Assembly (NCBI GenBank): GCA_029856145.1
Contig: JAHQWK010000001.1
Span: 384,001 to 448,000 of the forward strand
DNA from: Promethearchaeia archaeon
GTDB taxonomy: Archaea; Asgardarchaeota; Lokiarchaeia; Sigyniarchaeales; SOKP01
DNA length: 64,000 nt
Direction: 5' to 3'
Position 1 is the stretch's first letter; every line of letters begins with the position of its first letter. The position numbers and the translations under genes are program-made. Below are positions 20,055-30,822 of this stretch, piece after piece. The notes below the pieces were generated by a model. It ran no database searches and was not told the origin of the DNA. It saw only the letters and a program-made list of their open reading frames with translations.

Positions 20055-22022
20055 ATAAAATATCTATCTTTTTTCCCTTACGAGAAATTCAGAGAAAATC
20101 AAGAAAATATAACTAAACAAATTGAAGAAAGTTCAAGGTCAAAAAAAATCACTTTATTATTAGCTCCTAATGGTACAGGAAAGACAATTATTGCCTTATG
20201 CAGCTTACTCCCTTTAGCATTTGAGAAGAATCTAAAAATTATTTATATGTGTCGGACACATTCTCAAAATCGTAGAATAATAAAAGAATTGATAAAAATC
20301 TCACAAAAGAAAGTCGATGACAATCTTAAGGTTAAGCTTAATGGTATTTCGATAAGAGGCAGAAACGAAATGTGTTTAAATAAAACATTATTATCTCTCA
20401 AACTAAATCCAAGGGAAGCTATGTCTGTTTGTAGTGATTTAAGAAAAAATCGGAATTGTATTTATTTCTTAAATTTATTAAAAAAAAGGGGACAAAGTGA
20501 AAACCCATTATCAATCGCGCCAGAATTATTTAATAAGCCAATTGATGCAGAAGATTTAATAATATTCTGTAAAGAACATAAATTCTGTCCTTATTTCTTA
20601 AGCAAATTTTTACTTGAAGCAATGAAAGTTATTATTTGTAATTATCAATGGATTTTTAATCCTTTTATTCGTGAATCTTTTCTAGAATTTATTGGTCAAG
20701 AACTCCAAAATTGTATCTTAGTATTAGATGAATGCCATAATATAATTGACGTTGCCACAGAAATTAATTCAAAAAAAATCACACCATATTCATTAAGAAT
20801 CTGTTTAAAAGATCTTGAAATGTATAGATCCCCTATTTTAATGCAAAGTTTCGTAAAAATATTATTAGATCAATTACGAGTTAAAAAAAAAAATCTTAGA
20901 TTGGAAGAAAAAGCATTAGAACCAGATAAATTATTAATATCGATTTATAAAAAACTAGGATTTTCTGATCTAAATGGATTTAAGAATTTTATTGAAGAGC
21001 TTCATGATTTCAGTGTATCTATTCATGAGGAAAAATTAGCAAATGGAGAAATTTCGAGAGACTTTGTTGGTTCATTAGCAGAATTTTGGTTGAAGTGGTT
21101 AGAAACATATTGGTTAGAAAATTATTTCTTTTGTTATAATGTTAAAGCGAATAAAGGAAAGCGATTAATCTCACTTGAAATTGTAGCATTAGATCCAAGA
21201 GAAATTGTAATACCTATTTTGAAAAAAGGATATACATGCTTAAATCTCTCTGGAACTGTAAACCCATATGTTTATAATAATTTAATGGGATTGAATGAGT
21301 GCGGCAAGAGTTATAAAGGCATTATTGCAGATTCACCGTTTAGTAATAGAAATATCAAGGCTATGATAACAGAAGGTGTAGATACTAAAAGAGATAGTAG
21401 AACTCCGACTATGTTTAAAAAAATGACTGAAAAAATTGATGAAGTTTTACATTGCACTCCCGCAAATATCGGAATTTTCTGTGCCTCCTATAAAATCCTT
21501 AAAGGATTATTAACAAATGGACTTGAGACTGTTGTAAAAAAGAATAAAAAAAGACTATTCATTGAGGAATCTGGATTATCTGCCTCGGAAAATGCTTTAT
21601 TAGTGGACGATTATAAAAGCATGGCTACAAATGGAGGCGCCGTCTTATTAGGTGTATGTGGGGGAAGAAATTCAGAAGGAGAGGACTATCCTGGGGATTT
21701 CATGAACTCTGTAATTATTGCCGGATTTCCATATCATTTACCTACTCCAAGAGTAGAAGCAAAAATAAAATATTATGATAAAGTATTTAATAGGCAAGGC
21801 TGGAATTTCGCTTACTTATACCCCGCTGTACAACGAGCAAATCAAGCTTCAGGAAGACCAATAAGAAAGATTTCTGACAAAGGGGCAATAATTTTCATGG
21901 ATAGTAGATTTAAAGCAAAATATAAATGGATTTCAGATTGGATAAGAAAAGAATTAGAAATAATTCCTGATAAACCAAATGCTATACTTCAGAACTTACA
22001 CTCTTTTTGGAATCCTAAATAA
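20055..22022 (+). CDS. xpd: XPD/Rad3-like FeS DNA helicase; start extended upstream to a probable ATA at 20055
   Basis: The in-frame upstream region holds FFPY.KFRENQ (Q motif) and Walker A APNGTGKT (20163), missing from the ORF call; DECHN, FeS Cys residues, QASGRPIR. Confidence 0.88.
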   Translation: MKYLSFFPYEKFRENQENITKQIEESSRSKKITLLLAPNGTGKTIIALCSLLPLAFEKNLKIIYMCRTHSQNRRIIKELIKISQKKVDDNLKVKLNGISIRGRNEMCLNKTLLSLKLNPREAMSVCSDLRKNRNCIYFLNLLKKRGQSENPLSIAPELFNKPIDAEDLIIFCKEHKFCPYFLSKFLLEAMKVIICNYQWIFNPFIRESFLEFIGQELQNCILVLDECHNIIDVATEINSKKITPYSLRICLKDLEMYRSPILMQSFVKILLDQLRVKKKNLRLEEKALEPDKLLISIYKKLGFSDLNGFKNFIEELHDFSVSIHEEKLANGEISRDFVGSLAEFWLKWLETYWLENYFFCYNVKANKGKRLISLEIVALDPREIVIPILKKGYTCLNLSGTVNPYVYNNLMGLNECGKSYKGIIADSPFSNRNIKAMITEGVDTKRDSRTPTMFKKMTEKIDEVLHCTPANIGIFCASYKILKGLLTNGLETVVKKNKKRLFIEESGLSASENALLVDDYKSMATNGGAVLLGVCGGRNSEGEDYPGDFMNSVIIAGFPYHLPTPRVEAKIKYYDKVFNRQGWNFAYLYPAVQRANQASGRPIRKISDKGAIIFMDSRFKAKYKWISDWIRKELEIIPDKPNAILQNLHSFWNPK

Positions 22023-22086
22023 TTCTTTTTTCCGGTAATTTAAATAAAAAGAGAATTTTTTTTGAAATAATCAATATATTGGCTCT

Positions 22087-23886
22087 TTAAGTGTTTGGTA
22101 ATCGAAGATTCTTTATCAATGCATATAACTCAATTAATTTCATAGTTACAATACTCCATCTAAAATTTTTTTCTACTCTTTTATAGCAGTTTTCTTTAAT
22201 CTTATTGTAATAATTTGGATCTAATAGTACTAAAGATTTAAGTATTTTATCAGGAATCTGATTAACTAATTGAAGATTCTCAGCTTCATATATAGCCTCC
22301 CTATTTTTTACTTTCTCAGAAATTTCCTTTAATTTAAAGAGAGAGATTAATACATCCGCAAATTTAGCTGGATTATCTTTCTCAATTAAGATCCCTGTAC
22401 CTATTTCTGGAAAATTTCTAATATCTATTATTGATTCTTGAAATCCTCCCACTTTTGTTGCTATTACAGGTAATTTTGTAGACATTGCTTCTAAAGCGAT
22501 GATACCAAATGGCTCCCATCTAGATAAAGCACAATAAACATCAGAGGCAATATGAGCAAGATGAAATATATCTGTTGCTACTCCAAAAATAATTCTCAAG
22601 TTGTTAGGATACTTTTTAACATATTGAGCATAAGTCCGAATTTCATTTAAACTATAATCAGTAGGTAATATGAGGAATAAAAATTTAGCATATGGGATTA
22701 CTTTGATTACTATAGGAATAGCCTCAAAAATTGTTTCAAATCCTTTTTGTGGGGAGATTCTTCCAGTTGTAATTACTAAAGGACCCGATTGGTCAAAGGC
22801 TTTAATATATCCGTTCTTGACGAATTCAGTTCCATTTGAAATCTCATTAATCACTTTTAAAACCTTTTCTGATTGAATTAATGGGCTCCTGTCTAAATGG
22901 GATAGCTTATGGGTTAACAAAAATTTCTTCATATCTGACAAAGTTAGGCTCTTTTCATATGATATATGTAAAACATCTCTTATTTCTTGTTCATGATTTT
23001 CCAATATTTGCTTAAAAATTTCATTATAATCCCAATCACAACCGTCCCACACGAAATTCGATTTGAATTCAATTAACTCCTTACCACAATTTGGAATTAT
23101 ATCTGACTTTAAATAGGATTGACTTACAGTTGTTACTAAATCACTGATAAATGCCCCTACTTGTTCTATAGTAGGTGGTTGATACTCTCCACTTATTTTT
23201 TCACATATTGAGAAAATTTCACGAAAAGTTAATGATTTAATACCTTCTTTAAAATGAATAGAAATTGGAGTTTGGTCTATTCCACATACTCTATAAAAAT
23301 CTATCGCATACCTCGGCCAAGTCAATAAATGAATTGTAATTATTGACGCTACATCTAATCCATTTTTAGCTAATATTTGTTTTATTCCAATAAATGGTAT
23401 AACGGCATGATAATCATGAATATGAATTATATCTGGAAGGATATCTTTACGATTATCAATTAAATAATCAATATAACAACACATTCCAATGCTAAAAAGG
23501 CAAATCTTTCCACTAAGCGTGTCTGGATTATATACAATTTTATCATCCAAAAATCTATTAGTAAATGAATTTTCCCCATGTAATAAAATAATATTTACAT
23601 TATTCATTTTTGATTTATAGAAGGCAATATTATATGTCGATTCTGGTTCATTTATTCCAAAACGTGAAGGATTGATTTGTCCTACACAGTTAAATGGTAA
23701 CTTTTCCCATTCAAGAGTTCTTTCTAGCTTTTGTAATTGACCGTGTGAAGGGATAAACATTGTAATATTATAATCATTAGCTAAATGTTTAGCTTGATTT
23801 GCAGGTACTTCTCCGAGCCCGCCTACTTTAATGATTCCCGCGTATTCAAAAGTAAATATCCAAATGTTATCTTTGTTAACTTTCAA
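22087..23886 (-). CDS. glgA: Glycogen/starch synthase (GT5)
   Basis: KVGGLG, IHIHDYH, GRISPQKG, SRWEPFG. Confidence 0.88.
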   Translation of the reverse strand: MKVNKDNIWIFTFEYAGIIKVGGLGEVPANQAKHLANDYNITMFIPSHGQLQKLERTLEWEKLPFNCVGQINPSRFGINEPESTYNIAFYKSKMNNVNIILLHGENSFTNRFLDDKIVYNPDTLSGKICLFSIGMCCYIDYLIDNRKDILPDIIHIHDYHAVIPFIGIKQILAKNGLDVASIITIHLLTWPRYAIDFYRVCGIDQTPISIHFKEGIKSLTFREIFSICEKISGEYQPPTIEQVGAFISDLVTTVSQSYLKSDIIPNCGKELIEFKSNFVWDGCDWDYNEIFKQILENHEQEIRDVLHISYEKSLTLSDMKKFLLTHKLSHLDRSPLIQSEKVLKVINEISNGTEFVKNGYIKAFDQSGPLVITTGRISPQKGFETIFEAIPIVIKVIPYAKFLFLILPTDYSLNEIRTYAQYVKKYPNNLRIIFGVATDIFHLAHIASDVYCALSRWEPFGIIALEAMSTKLPVIATKVGGFQESIIDIRNFPEIGTGILIEKDNPAKFADVLISLFKLKEISEKVKNREAIYEAENLQLVNQIPDKILKSLVLLDPNYYNKIKENCYKRVEKNFRWSIVTMKLIELYALIKNLRLPNT

Positions 23887-24109
23887 GATATTTCAATCTT
23901 TTTAGAACGCATTTAGTGGTTTAAAACCAAAAAATTGTGTACATCTTTAATTATAATTAAGTCTAATTCGTTAAAAAAAGAATTTAATTAAAACTTAATT
24001 AAAATTGGATTTGTTTGACTCAATTACGACAAAAAGTAAATTTAATAACTATTAATTAATCGTAATTATCAATATTAAACAACCAATATGAAATAATTAA
24101 AAAAAATTC

Positions 24110-24499
24110 TTGGTGATAATTGAAATGGTAAATTTTGAAGTAATAGATACTGGAAGCCCTAAAACTGGACCCTATAATCTTGGCATAAAGGCTAGTAACC
24201 TTATATTTATCTCAGGACAAGTTACTACTCCAGACGCGAGAGATATTAAAGAACAAACATTAGCTGCATTTGAAAAAATCAAAAAAATATTAGAAGCTGC
24301 GGGAGCACATGTCTCAAACTTAGTGAAAGTAACTGTTTTCTTAAAAAACATGTCTGATTTTAAAGAAATGAATCAAGCTTACAAAGAATTTTTCGAACAA
24401 AATGGTGTCTCTGAAAAATTTCCCGCAAGAAGTACTGTCGAAGCAACTTGTCCACTTCCATATGGATTGATTGAGATTGATGCTATAGCACTATTATAA
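24110..24499 (+). CDS. ridA: RidA/YjgF-family imine deaminase
   Basis: GPY, ISGQ, VKVTVFL, MNQAY, PARS, IEIDAIA. Confidence 0.9.
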   Translation: MVIIEMVNFEVIDTGSPKTGPYNLGIKASNLIFISGQVTTPDARDIKEQTLAAFEKIKKILEAAGAHVSNLVKVTVFLKNMSDFKEMNQAYKEFFEQNGVSEKFPARSTVEATCPLPYGLIEIDAIALL

Positions 24500-24618
24500 T
24501 CTAAAACTCATGCAATTTTCATTATTATTTCTTTTCTTTATATCTTTATATTTTCTTCGGAGGATACTTTATATAAATAATAACATTTTCACTTTTATTA
24601 AGAATCATAAAAAAACTC

Positions 24619-25848
24619 GTGAAAATAATGGATAATATGGAAAAAACAATTATGGAAAAAATAGATAGTATGAAAGATGAAATAATCCAGTTTCTCCAAG
24701 ATTTGATTCAAATACCTTCTGAAGTACCACCAGGGAAGTATAAAGAAATATCTAAATATGTTGAATCAAAAATGAAGGAATTTAAAATAGATACGAATGT
24801 TAAAAGGAAGAATGTTATTGGAGAAATAGGTAATAAAAATGGACTATCTCTTATATTTAATGCTCATCTTGACACAGTTCCCACTTATGATGGCTGGACT
24901 AAAGATCCTCATGGAGGAGAAATTGTTGGGAATAAAATTTTTGGCCGTGGAGCTGCTGATGATAAGGCATGTGTAGCAGCAGAAATTTTCGCTACTAAAG
25001 CCTTAATAGAGCTAGGTATAGAAATTAATGGAAAAATAATTATAACTGCTGTTGTTAACGAGGAAATTGGCGGTTTATTAGGTACTGAATATCTCGTAAA
25101 GGATGAAGTTGTAAGTGGAGATGCTTGTTTATTAGGTGATGTTTGTTGTGATTATCCAATTGCCTATCAAGGTGGAACCATGCAAATGACTTTTATTATT
25201 CAAGGAATACGTCGCAATGCACAAGCCTATCCAGATTTACCTCCACCTAATCGTAATAAATACTCAGGAATAAACGCTATTGGAAAGATGGTAAAAATTA
25301 TGAATTTTTTAATGGAATTACAAGAGGAATTCAAAAAAATGGAAACTAAATATCCAATACCTCCTGATCTTCCATCTAAAATAGGTTCAGTAAATTTTAC
25401 AAAAATAAATGGAGGTAATTCACTGTCTGCAACTCCAGATAATTGTGTTTTGCAATGCTTAATTAGTGTCATTCCAGAAATGGATTTAGACGATATTAAA
25501 ACGCGAATCTTAAATTTTATAGAGGATCTTAAAAAAGAGGATCCTGACTTAAACATAAAAGCCCAAATAGGACTAATTATTAAACCCCATATAACAGACA
25601 CCAATTCTACTTTTGCAAAAGCAGTAAAAAAAGCATTTAGAACGGTCTTCGAAGAAGAAAGAGATTTTAAAACTTTCATACCTACGACTGACGCCCAATT
25701 ATTTCAAGAAAAAGGAATTGAAACTATTTTATTTGGTCCTCTTCGAGGAGAGAATAATCATCATGCTCAAGATGAATTTGTCTACATAGATGATGTTTTA
25801 AATGTAACTAAACTCTACGCGTTAACCGCTTTGAATTATCTTACATAA
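24619..25848 (+). CDS. M20 (ArgE/DapE) metallopeptidase
   Basis: NAHLDTVP, GRGAADDK, NEE, TDA, HAQDE. Confidence 0.9.
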   Translation: MKIMDNMEKTIMEKIDSMKDEIIQFLQDLIQIPSEVPPGKYKEISKYVESKMKEFKIDTNVKRKNVIGEIGNKNGLSLIFNAHLDTVPTYDGWTKDPHGGEIVGNKIFGRGAADDKACVAAEIFATKALIELGIEINGKIIITAVVNEEIGGLLGTEYLVKDEVVSGDACLLGDVCCDYPIAYQGGTMQMTFIIQGIRRNAQAYPDLPPPNRNKYSGINAIGKMVKIMNFLMELQEEFKKMETKYPIPPDLPSKIGSVNFTKINGGNSLSATPDNCVLQCLISVIPEMDLDDIKTRILNFIEDLKKEDPDLNIKAQIGLIIKPHITDTNSTFAKAVKKAFRTVFEEERDFKTFIPTTDAQLFQEKGIETILFGPLRGENNHHAQDEFVYIDDVLNVTKLYALTALNYLT

Positions 25849-25899
25849 ATTTGAATTACAAATCTTATTATTATATAACATTCTTTAAAATGAAGACTT

Positions 25900-27066
25900 A
25901 TGTGTGATACTCTAGTTTCCCTTGGAAATTCAACTGAAGATGGAAGTGTAATTTTCGGTAAAAATTCGGATCGCCCTTTTAATGAAGTACAATTAATCAC
26001 TTATTCTCCTAGAAGGAGCTTTAAAAAAGGAGATAAATTGAAATGTACATATTTAGAAATTCCTCAAGTTCCTGAAACTTATGCCACTTTAATGAGCCAA
26101 CCTTATTGGATGTGGGGTGCAGAAATGGGTACTAATGAGAATGGGGTTGCAATTGGAAATGAAGCCATATATACTCATGAACCATTAAGAAGGATAGGAT
26201 TATTAGGCATGGATTTATTAAGGTTAGGTCTTGAACGAGGAAAAACAGCTAAAGAAGCAATGGAGGTTATAATCGATTTATTAGAAAAATATGGGCAAGG
26301 AGGTGGTTGTGCATATGATGACCCGGGTTGGATGTACCATAATTCATTTATAGTTGCAGATCCTAAAGAAGCTTTTGTCTTAGAGACTGCTGATAAATGG
26401 TGGATTGTTGAAAAAGTCAAAAATGTGCGTTCAATTTCAAATGGTATTAGTATTAGAGGCAAAGGAGACTATAGAAAGAAAGGAATAATTGAACATGCTA
26501 TTGAAAAAGGATATTGTAAAAATGATGATGATTTCGATTTTGCAATAACTTTTTCTGGAACCCCAATTTCTGCTATACCTTCACCTTATTCCAGAGGAGG
26601 AAAATCTACAATATTACTGAGAGAGGACATAGGTAAAATCACACCAAGTTTAATGATGGAATTTTTGAGAGAACATCAAGCAGGAATTTGTATGCATGGA
26701 GGTTTTGAATCAACAGGTTCTCAAGTTTCTCATTTAAGAAAGGAGAAAAAATCAATTCACTGGTTTACAGGAACTACTCTTCCATGTGTCAGTATTTATA
26801 AACCTTATACTTTTCCTATTGAAGGTCAAAAATATTATAACCCTGGTCCTTATCAAATAGTAAATTCTGGATGGTTTTGGTGCAAGCATACAAAATCTAA
26901 ACCGATACGTAAGAAAATTGAACTTGCAAATATCGAAAAAACTATTATCTCTAGAGTTAATGATTTGATAATTCAAGATGACAAAATTTCAGAAGATAAA
27001 TTCAATGAAAAAATCAAAAGGTTAAATTTAGAAGCATGGAATAAGTCTTTTAAGTTAATAAATTAA
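25900..27066 (+). CDS. C69-family (secernin/dipeptidase) Ntn hydrolase
   Basis: N-terminal MCDT, GKNSDRP, WMWGAEMGTNE.GV.IGNEA, CMH. Confidence 0.92.
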   Translation: MCDTLVSLGNSTEDGSVIFGKNSDRPFNEVQLITYSPRRSFKKGDKLKCTYLEIPQVPETYATLMSQPYWMWGAEMGTNENGVAIGNEAIYTHEPLRRIGLLGMDLLRLGLERGKTAKEAMEVIIDLLEKYGQGGGCAYDDPGWMYHNSFIVADPKEAFVLETADKWWIVEKVKNVRSISNGISIRGKGDYRKKGIIEHAIEKGYCKNDDDFDFAITFSGTPISAIPSPYSRGGKSTILLREDIGKITPSLMMEFLREHQAGICMHGGFESTGSQVSHLRKEKKSIHWFTGTTLPCVSIYKPYTFPIEGQKYYNPGPYQIVNSGWFWCKHTKSKPIRKKIELANIEKTIISRVNDLIIQDDKISEDKFNEKIKRLNLEAWNKSFKLIN

Positions 27067-27236
27067 CTATAAATTTACCTCCTAATGTTTTTCTTCTTCA
27101 GTTTAAAACTTTATATAATAGAAAAGATAAATTCAAGCACTTTTTAAAGAATTCATAATAATCAAAAAAACTTAATAGTTTTGGAGTATTCTACTTATTA
27201 ATTTGTTAAGATTAAAAGGCTTCTAAGGATTCAACA

Positions 27237-27530
27237 ATGTCATTGAATAAATTGGATATTTTAGGTATGGAAGGAGTTATTTCAAACTATAAACGTGGGC
27301 GCCATACAATACACCAGAAACACTGTATCATAGTGTTCTCTAATATAAAAACAAGAAAAGATGCAAATAAACTTATAGGGAGAACAGTTTCTTGGAATAC
27401 TATTGCAGGTAAGGAATTGAAAGGAGTAATTTCTCGAGCACATGGAAATAATGGTGCTGTAAGAGCCCACTTTAAAAAGGCTGGAGTTCCTGGGCAGGCT
27501 TTAGGAAAAAAAGTAAAAATTATTAAATAG
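27237..27530 (+). CDS. rpl35ae: 50S ribosomal protein L35Ae (eL33)
   Basis: GVISNYKRG, GVISRAHGNNGAVRAHF, PGQALG. Confidence 0.93.
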   Translation: MSLNKLDILGMEGVISNYKRGRHTIHQKHCIIVFSNIKTRKDANKLIGRTVSWNTIAGKELKGVISRAHGNNGAVRAHFKKAGVPGQALGKKVKIIK

Positions 27531-27671
27531 CCTTCTAATTTTTATACTTATTCTTCTACTCGATTATATCTGGATATTACATGATACGAGAATAATATAG
27601 CTTTTTTTATGTTTTGGAATTTCTTATTCTTCTGATAAAGCGATTTTAAAGGTAATTTTTACTTCATTTGG

Positions 27672-29663
27672 TTGGGTTTAAGCATTAATATGACAGAGCA
27701 AGTATGTAGATTTTGTCACAGTTATGTAAAGTTAGCTTATTATTGTGAAGAATGTGGCTCCAGTTGTTGTTCTGAATGCCTCCATGAAAAAAAAGTGGAT
27801 TTCTTCATTTGTCAAGAATGCAAATCTAAAAACATAGAAATTTTAAATTCTGAAAATAAGAAAGTTTGTAAGGACTGTGGATCGGAAAATGTTGTTAAAG
27901 TTAATCAACGCTTAAAATCCTGCCCAAAGTGTGATTCACATCAAGTTATTAATATATATGAAAAAAAAGAAGAATTAGAAAAGAATTTTTTAGAATTAAT
28001 TAAAAATACACGTTTGTTTGTTAACCCTTTAAAAGAAATTCTTGATAAATTGTATTTATTTCAATCAAAAATAAAGGAAGTAAGGGATCCTCCAAATAAA
28101 TATTATCATTTTCCTCAAATGGAATCAGATTTATTAGCTCTTTTTGAGCTATTTAAATATATTCAAAATACTTTATTTGAAAAAGTTAATGTTCATTTTC
28201 ATCAAGTAAATCAAAATAAAGAATATTTCTTTGATATTTACACCCAACCTAACTCAAATATAAATATCATTGAGGGAATTTTCGAAAATCTATCACGAAG
28301 TTATAATTCAATTGAAGAGTTTATAAAAATCAATTTAGAAACATTTAATGATAGCTTTGAAACGTTTAAAAAGAATCTACACTTTATAGATAAAGTTAGT
28401 TATTATTTTAAATCATATAATAAAATACTTAGACTCGCAGAAGGTGAAAAACCTGTATATGCTATTTATGCTAAATTAACTAATGGTTTAAATTCACATG
28501 ATAAATACAAGAAAGATAAAGGAATTTTGTTCATAACTAATTTTGACCTTTCATTTATTCATAAATATGGAGTAAAGAAAAAGAAAAAGGAATTAATTTT
28601 CAAAGCTCCTGTTCAAGATTTAATAAAAATAAGAGAAAAAGGTAAAGTTTTCAAAAAACTCTATATTGAATTCACCTATGGAAAATACGAATTTACATTA
28701 CCATCTAAAGCTGTTTCTAGAGTAATTGAGTATATTCTTTTAGCGAGATCCTTTGACGATACAACAATACATGATGAAAAAACCGCAAAGAAACTTCAAT
28801 ACATTGATTTAGATTTAAATGACTTAATAAATTTCATTGAAGAAAGTATTAACTCGTTTTTTAGTATAAAATGCCAATATAATAAAAGTTTTGAAAATCT
28901 AAATCATCATAATAGGGATTTAGCCCACCCTTTTGGTGTTCACCCCAACCAATTACCTAATATTTCATCTCGAACACCTTCTCAATTTCTCAATCCCCAA
29001 AATAGTGCTCAACCTTGGTTTAGCTTTCCAGTAAATTCAAATTTATATCAAAGAATTAATAATTCCCCTTATCCCCCACCTAATCCTGGTCAATCACCTC
29101 CACTTATCGGTAATCCTCAAATACCGAACTATGATAAGAATAATTTCTTCTCACAAAATCTCTATAATCTAGATCGTTTTCAAAATTATAACCCACAGAG
29201 AATAAATCCGAATAATTATTTAAATAATAACTTAAATCCACAGATTCAAAACCAAATAAGAAATGATCATTATAATGAGAATGATTATTTCTTAAATAAG
29301 GAGGCCATTTTCCAGGATTACAATAGAAATCATTTATCTGACATGTTTGATTCAGAATATATTCCACCAGACAATTCTTATAGATATAAACAAAAATTGT
29401 TCAAACTAGATAAAGAAAAACATAAGAAAATGCTTGATTTAGATAAAGAAAGATATAGTTTGAAAGAAACTTTGAAAAAACTTGATAATAAATTTGATCA
29501 AGGAATCATATCTGAAGTAGATTATTTTAAGACTTTTAAAAACCTCCAAAAAGAAATTTATTTAATTGAAAAAAAAATTCAAAACTTACAAGAAAATATG
29601 GAAGAGGTCGAAACTCTCAAAAGAAACAGTAGAAATTTTGATAAAAGGCGATTTTATACATAG
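27672..29663 (+). CDS. Multidomain protein: multi-CxxC Zn fingers, coiled region, PH/GRAM-like domain, Pro/Asn/Gln-rich linker, steadiness-box-like C-terminus
   Basis: Six CxxC pairs; KGILFITNFDLSFI; SPYPPPNPGQSPP; KFDQGIISEVDYFKTFKNLQKEIY. Confidence 0.7.
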   Translation: MGLSINMTEQVCRFCHSYVKLAYYCEECGSSCCSECLHEKKVDFFICQECKSKNIEILNSENKKVCKDCGSENVVKVNQRLKSCPKCDSHQVINIYEKKEELEKNFLELIKNTRLFVNPLKEILDKLYLFQSKIKEVRDPPNKYYHFPQMESDLLALFELFKYIQNTLFEKVNVHFHQVNQNKEYFFDIYTQPNSNINIIEGIFENLSRSYNSIEEFIKINLETFNDSFETFKKNLHFIDKVSYYFKSYNKILRLAEGEKPVYAIYAKLTNGLNSHDKYKKDKGILFITNFDLSFIHKYGVKKKKKELIFKAPVQDLIKIREKGKVFKKLYIEFTYGKYEFTLPSKAVSRVIEYILLARSFDDTTIHDEKTAKKLQYIDLDLNDLINFIEESINSFFSIKCQYNKSFENLNHHNRDLAHPFGVHPNQLPNISSRTPSQFLNPQNSAQPWFSFPVNSNLYQRINNSPYPPPNPGQSPPLIGNPQIPNYDKNNFFSQNLYNLDRFQNYNPQRINPNNYLNNNLNPQIQNQIRNDHYNENDYFLNKEAIFQDYNRNHLSDMFDSEYIPPDNSYRYKQKLFKLDKEKHKKMLDLDKERYSLKETLKKLDNKFDQGIISEVDYFKTFKNLQKEIYLIEKKIQNLQENMEEVETLKRNSRNFDKRRFYT

Positions 29664-29743
29664 AATGTTGTTGTTGAGTTTTATGCAGAATCTGCATTTT
29701 TTTTTTATCTTATATTTATATTTTTATTAATATATTACATCAT

Positions 29744-30763
29744 ATGGATAAAGAGGATGGACCATTTACTACTTTAGTAGGAAGTTGGCCTTTAAGTAAT
29801 ACATATAACAACATGGTAAAGGTCTTCACTGATTTAATTCAAATGGGTATCGATTTTCCATGTTACCCTCAGCTTTTATCCATGACTTATCAATTTTTAT
29901 CTCCTTTATCTAAAATCATTCCTCAATTAGAAGAAATCAATGAAAAATTTTATTTATATGAGGAATTTGAAGTACCAAAGGAACCCATTGCCCTTGAATA
30001 TGGAAAATTTATTATTAATTTTTTTAATGAACATCCAGATCTTAAGAAATCAATTAGGGGTACAAAAGCTTGTTTAACTGGACCCTTCACTTTAACCTTT
30101 GAGACTATATTGAAAAGCTCTATTGCTAAAGGCTTAAAACCAATAATTTTCGAAGAACCACGAGCAGTAATGGTAGATTGGATTGTGGATAAGTTTGCTG
30201 AAATTATAAAACAAATCGGAGCGGCCTATAGTGATATGGGAATAGATATTATTTCTTGTGATGAGCCAATTCTGGGATTGTTAGTAGGAAGGAAAATTTT
30301 GTTTCATTCAGAAGATTTTATCATTAAAACTATTAATAAAACAATATCTGGAATAAAAGGATTACCATCAATACATGTCTGTGGCAGAATTAGTCCCTAT
30401 CTACGAGATATTCTTTTAAAAACAAATGTGAAAATTTTAGATCATGAGTTTAGTACAAATGAAGAGAATTTTAAGGTGTTTGAGAAAAGGCATTTCCAAG
30501 GAACTGATAAATTCTTAGCATTGGGAACTGTTGAATCTAAGTTTGTACCCATTAAAGATAAGAAAATTGATGCTTATGTAGAAAAAGTTGATTTTCTTAA
30601 AAGATATATCAAGAAAGGAATAGAACAATATGGTAGAGAGAATTTAATTATCAAGCCAGATTGTGGTTTCTACCCGTTGAAAGTTTTCGGAGAAAAAGAT
30701 GGGTATGAAATAGCAATCAATAAAGTGAAAAATATGGTCCTTGCTTTGAAGGAATTAAAGTAG
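29744..30763 (+). CDS. Core (single-barrel) MetE-type methionine synthase / methylcobalamin:homocysteine methyltransferase
   Basis: TTLVGSWP, KACLTGPFTL, DEP, HVCG, PDCG. Confidence 0.82.
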   Translation: MDKEDGPFTTLVGSWPLSNTYNNMVKVFTDLIQMGIDFPCYPQLLSMTYQFLSPLSKIIPQLEEINEKFYLYEEFEVPKEPIALEYGKFIINFFNEHPDLKKSIRGTKACLTGPFTLTFETILKSSIAKGLKPIIFEEPRAVMVDWIVDKFAEIIKQIGAAYSDMGIDIISCDEPILGLLVGRKILFHSEDFIIKTINKTISGIKGLPSIHVCGRISPYLRDILLKTNVKILDHEFSTNEENFKVFEKRHFQGTDKFLALGTVESKFVPIKDKKIDAYVEKVDFLKRYIKKGIEQYGRENLIIKPDCGFYPLKVFGEKDGYEIAINKVKNMVLALKELK

Positions 30764-30822
30764 TTATTATTAAAATTGATTTAGATTAAATGCAAAAAGT
30801 AAAAGAAATTTATAAAAAAGAT

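Noticed and set aside
21990-22022. XPD C-terminal LQNLHSFW as a PIP box
   Set aside because: Gln spacing is off by one, and a terminal aromatic helix is common in this family
28900-29290. AAT/CCx-rich low-complexity DNA as a repeat array or CRISPR
   Set aside because: It is coding Asn/Pro/Gln-rich linker with no fixed-length repeat-spacer periodicity
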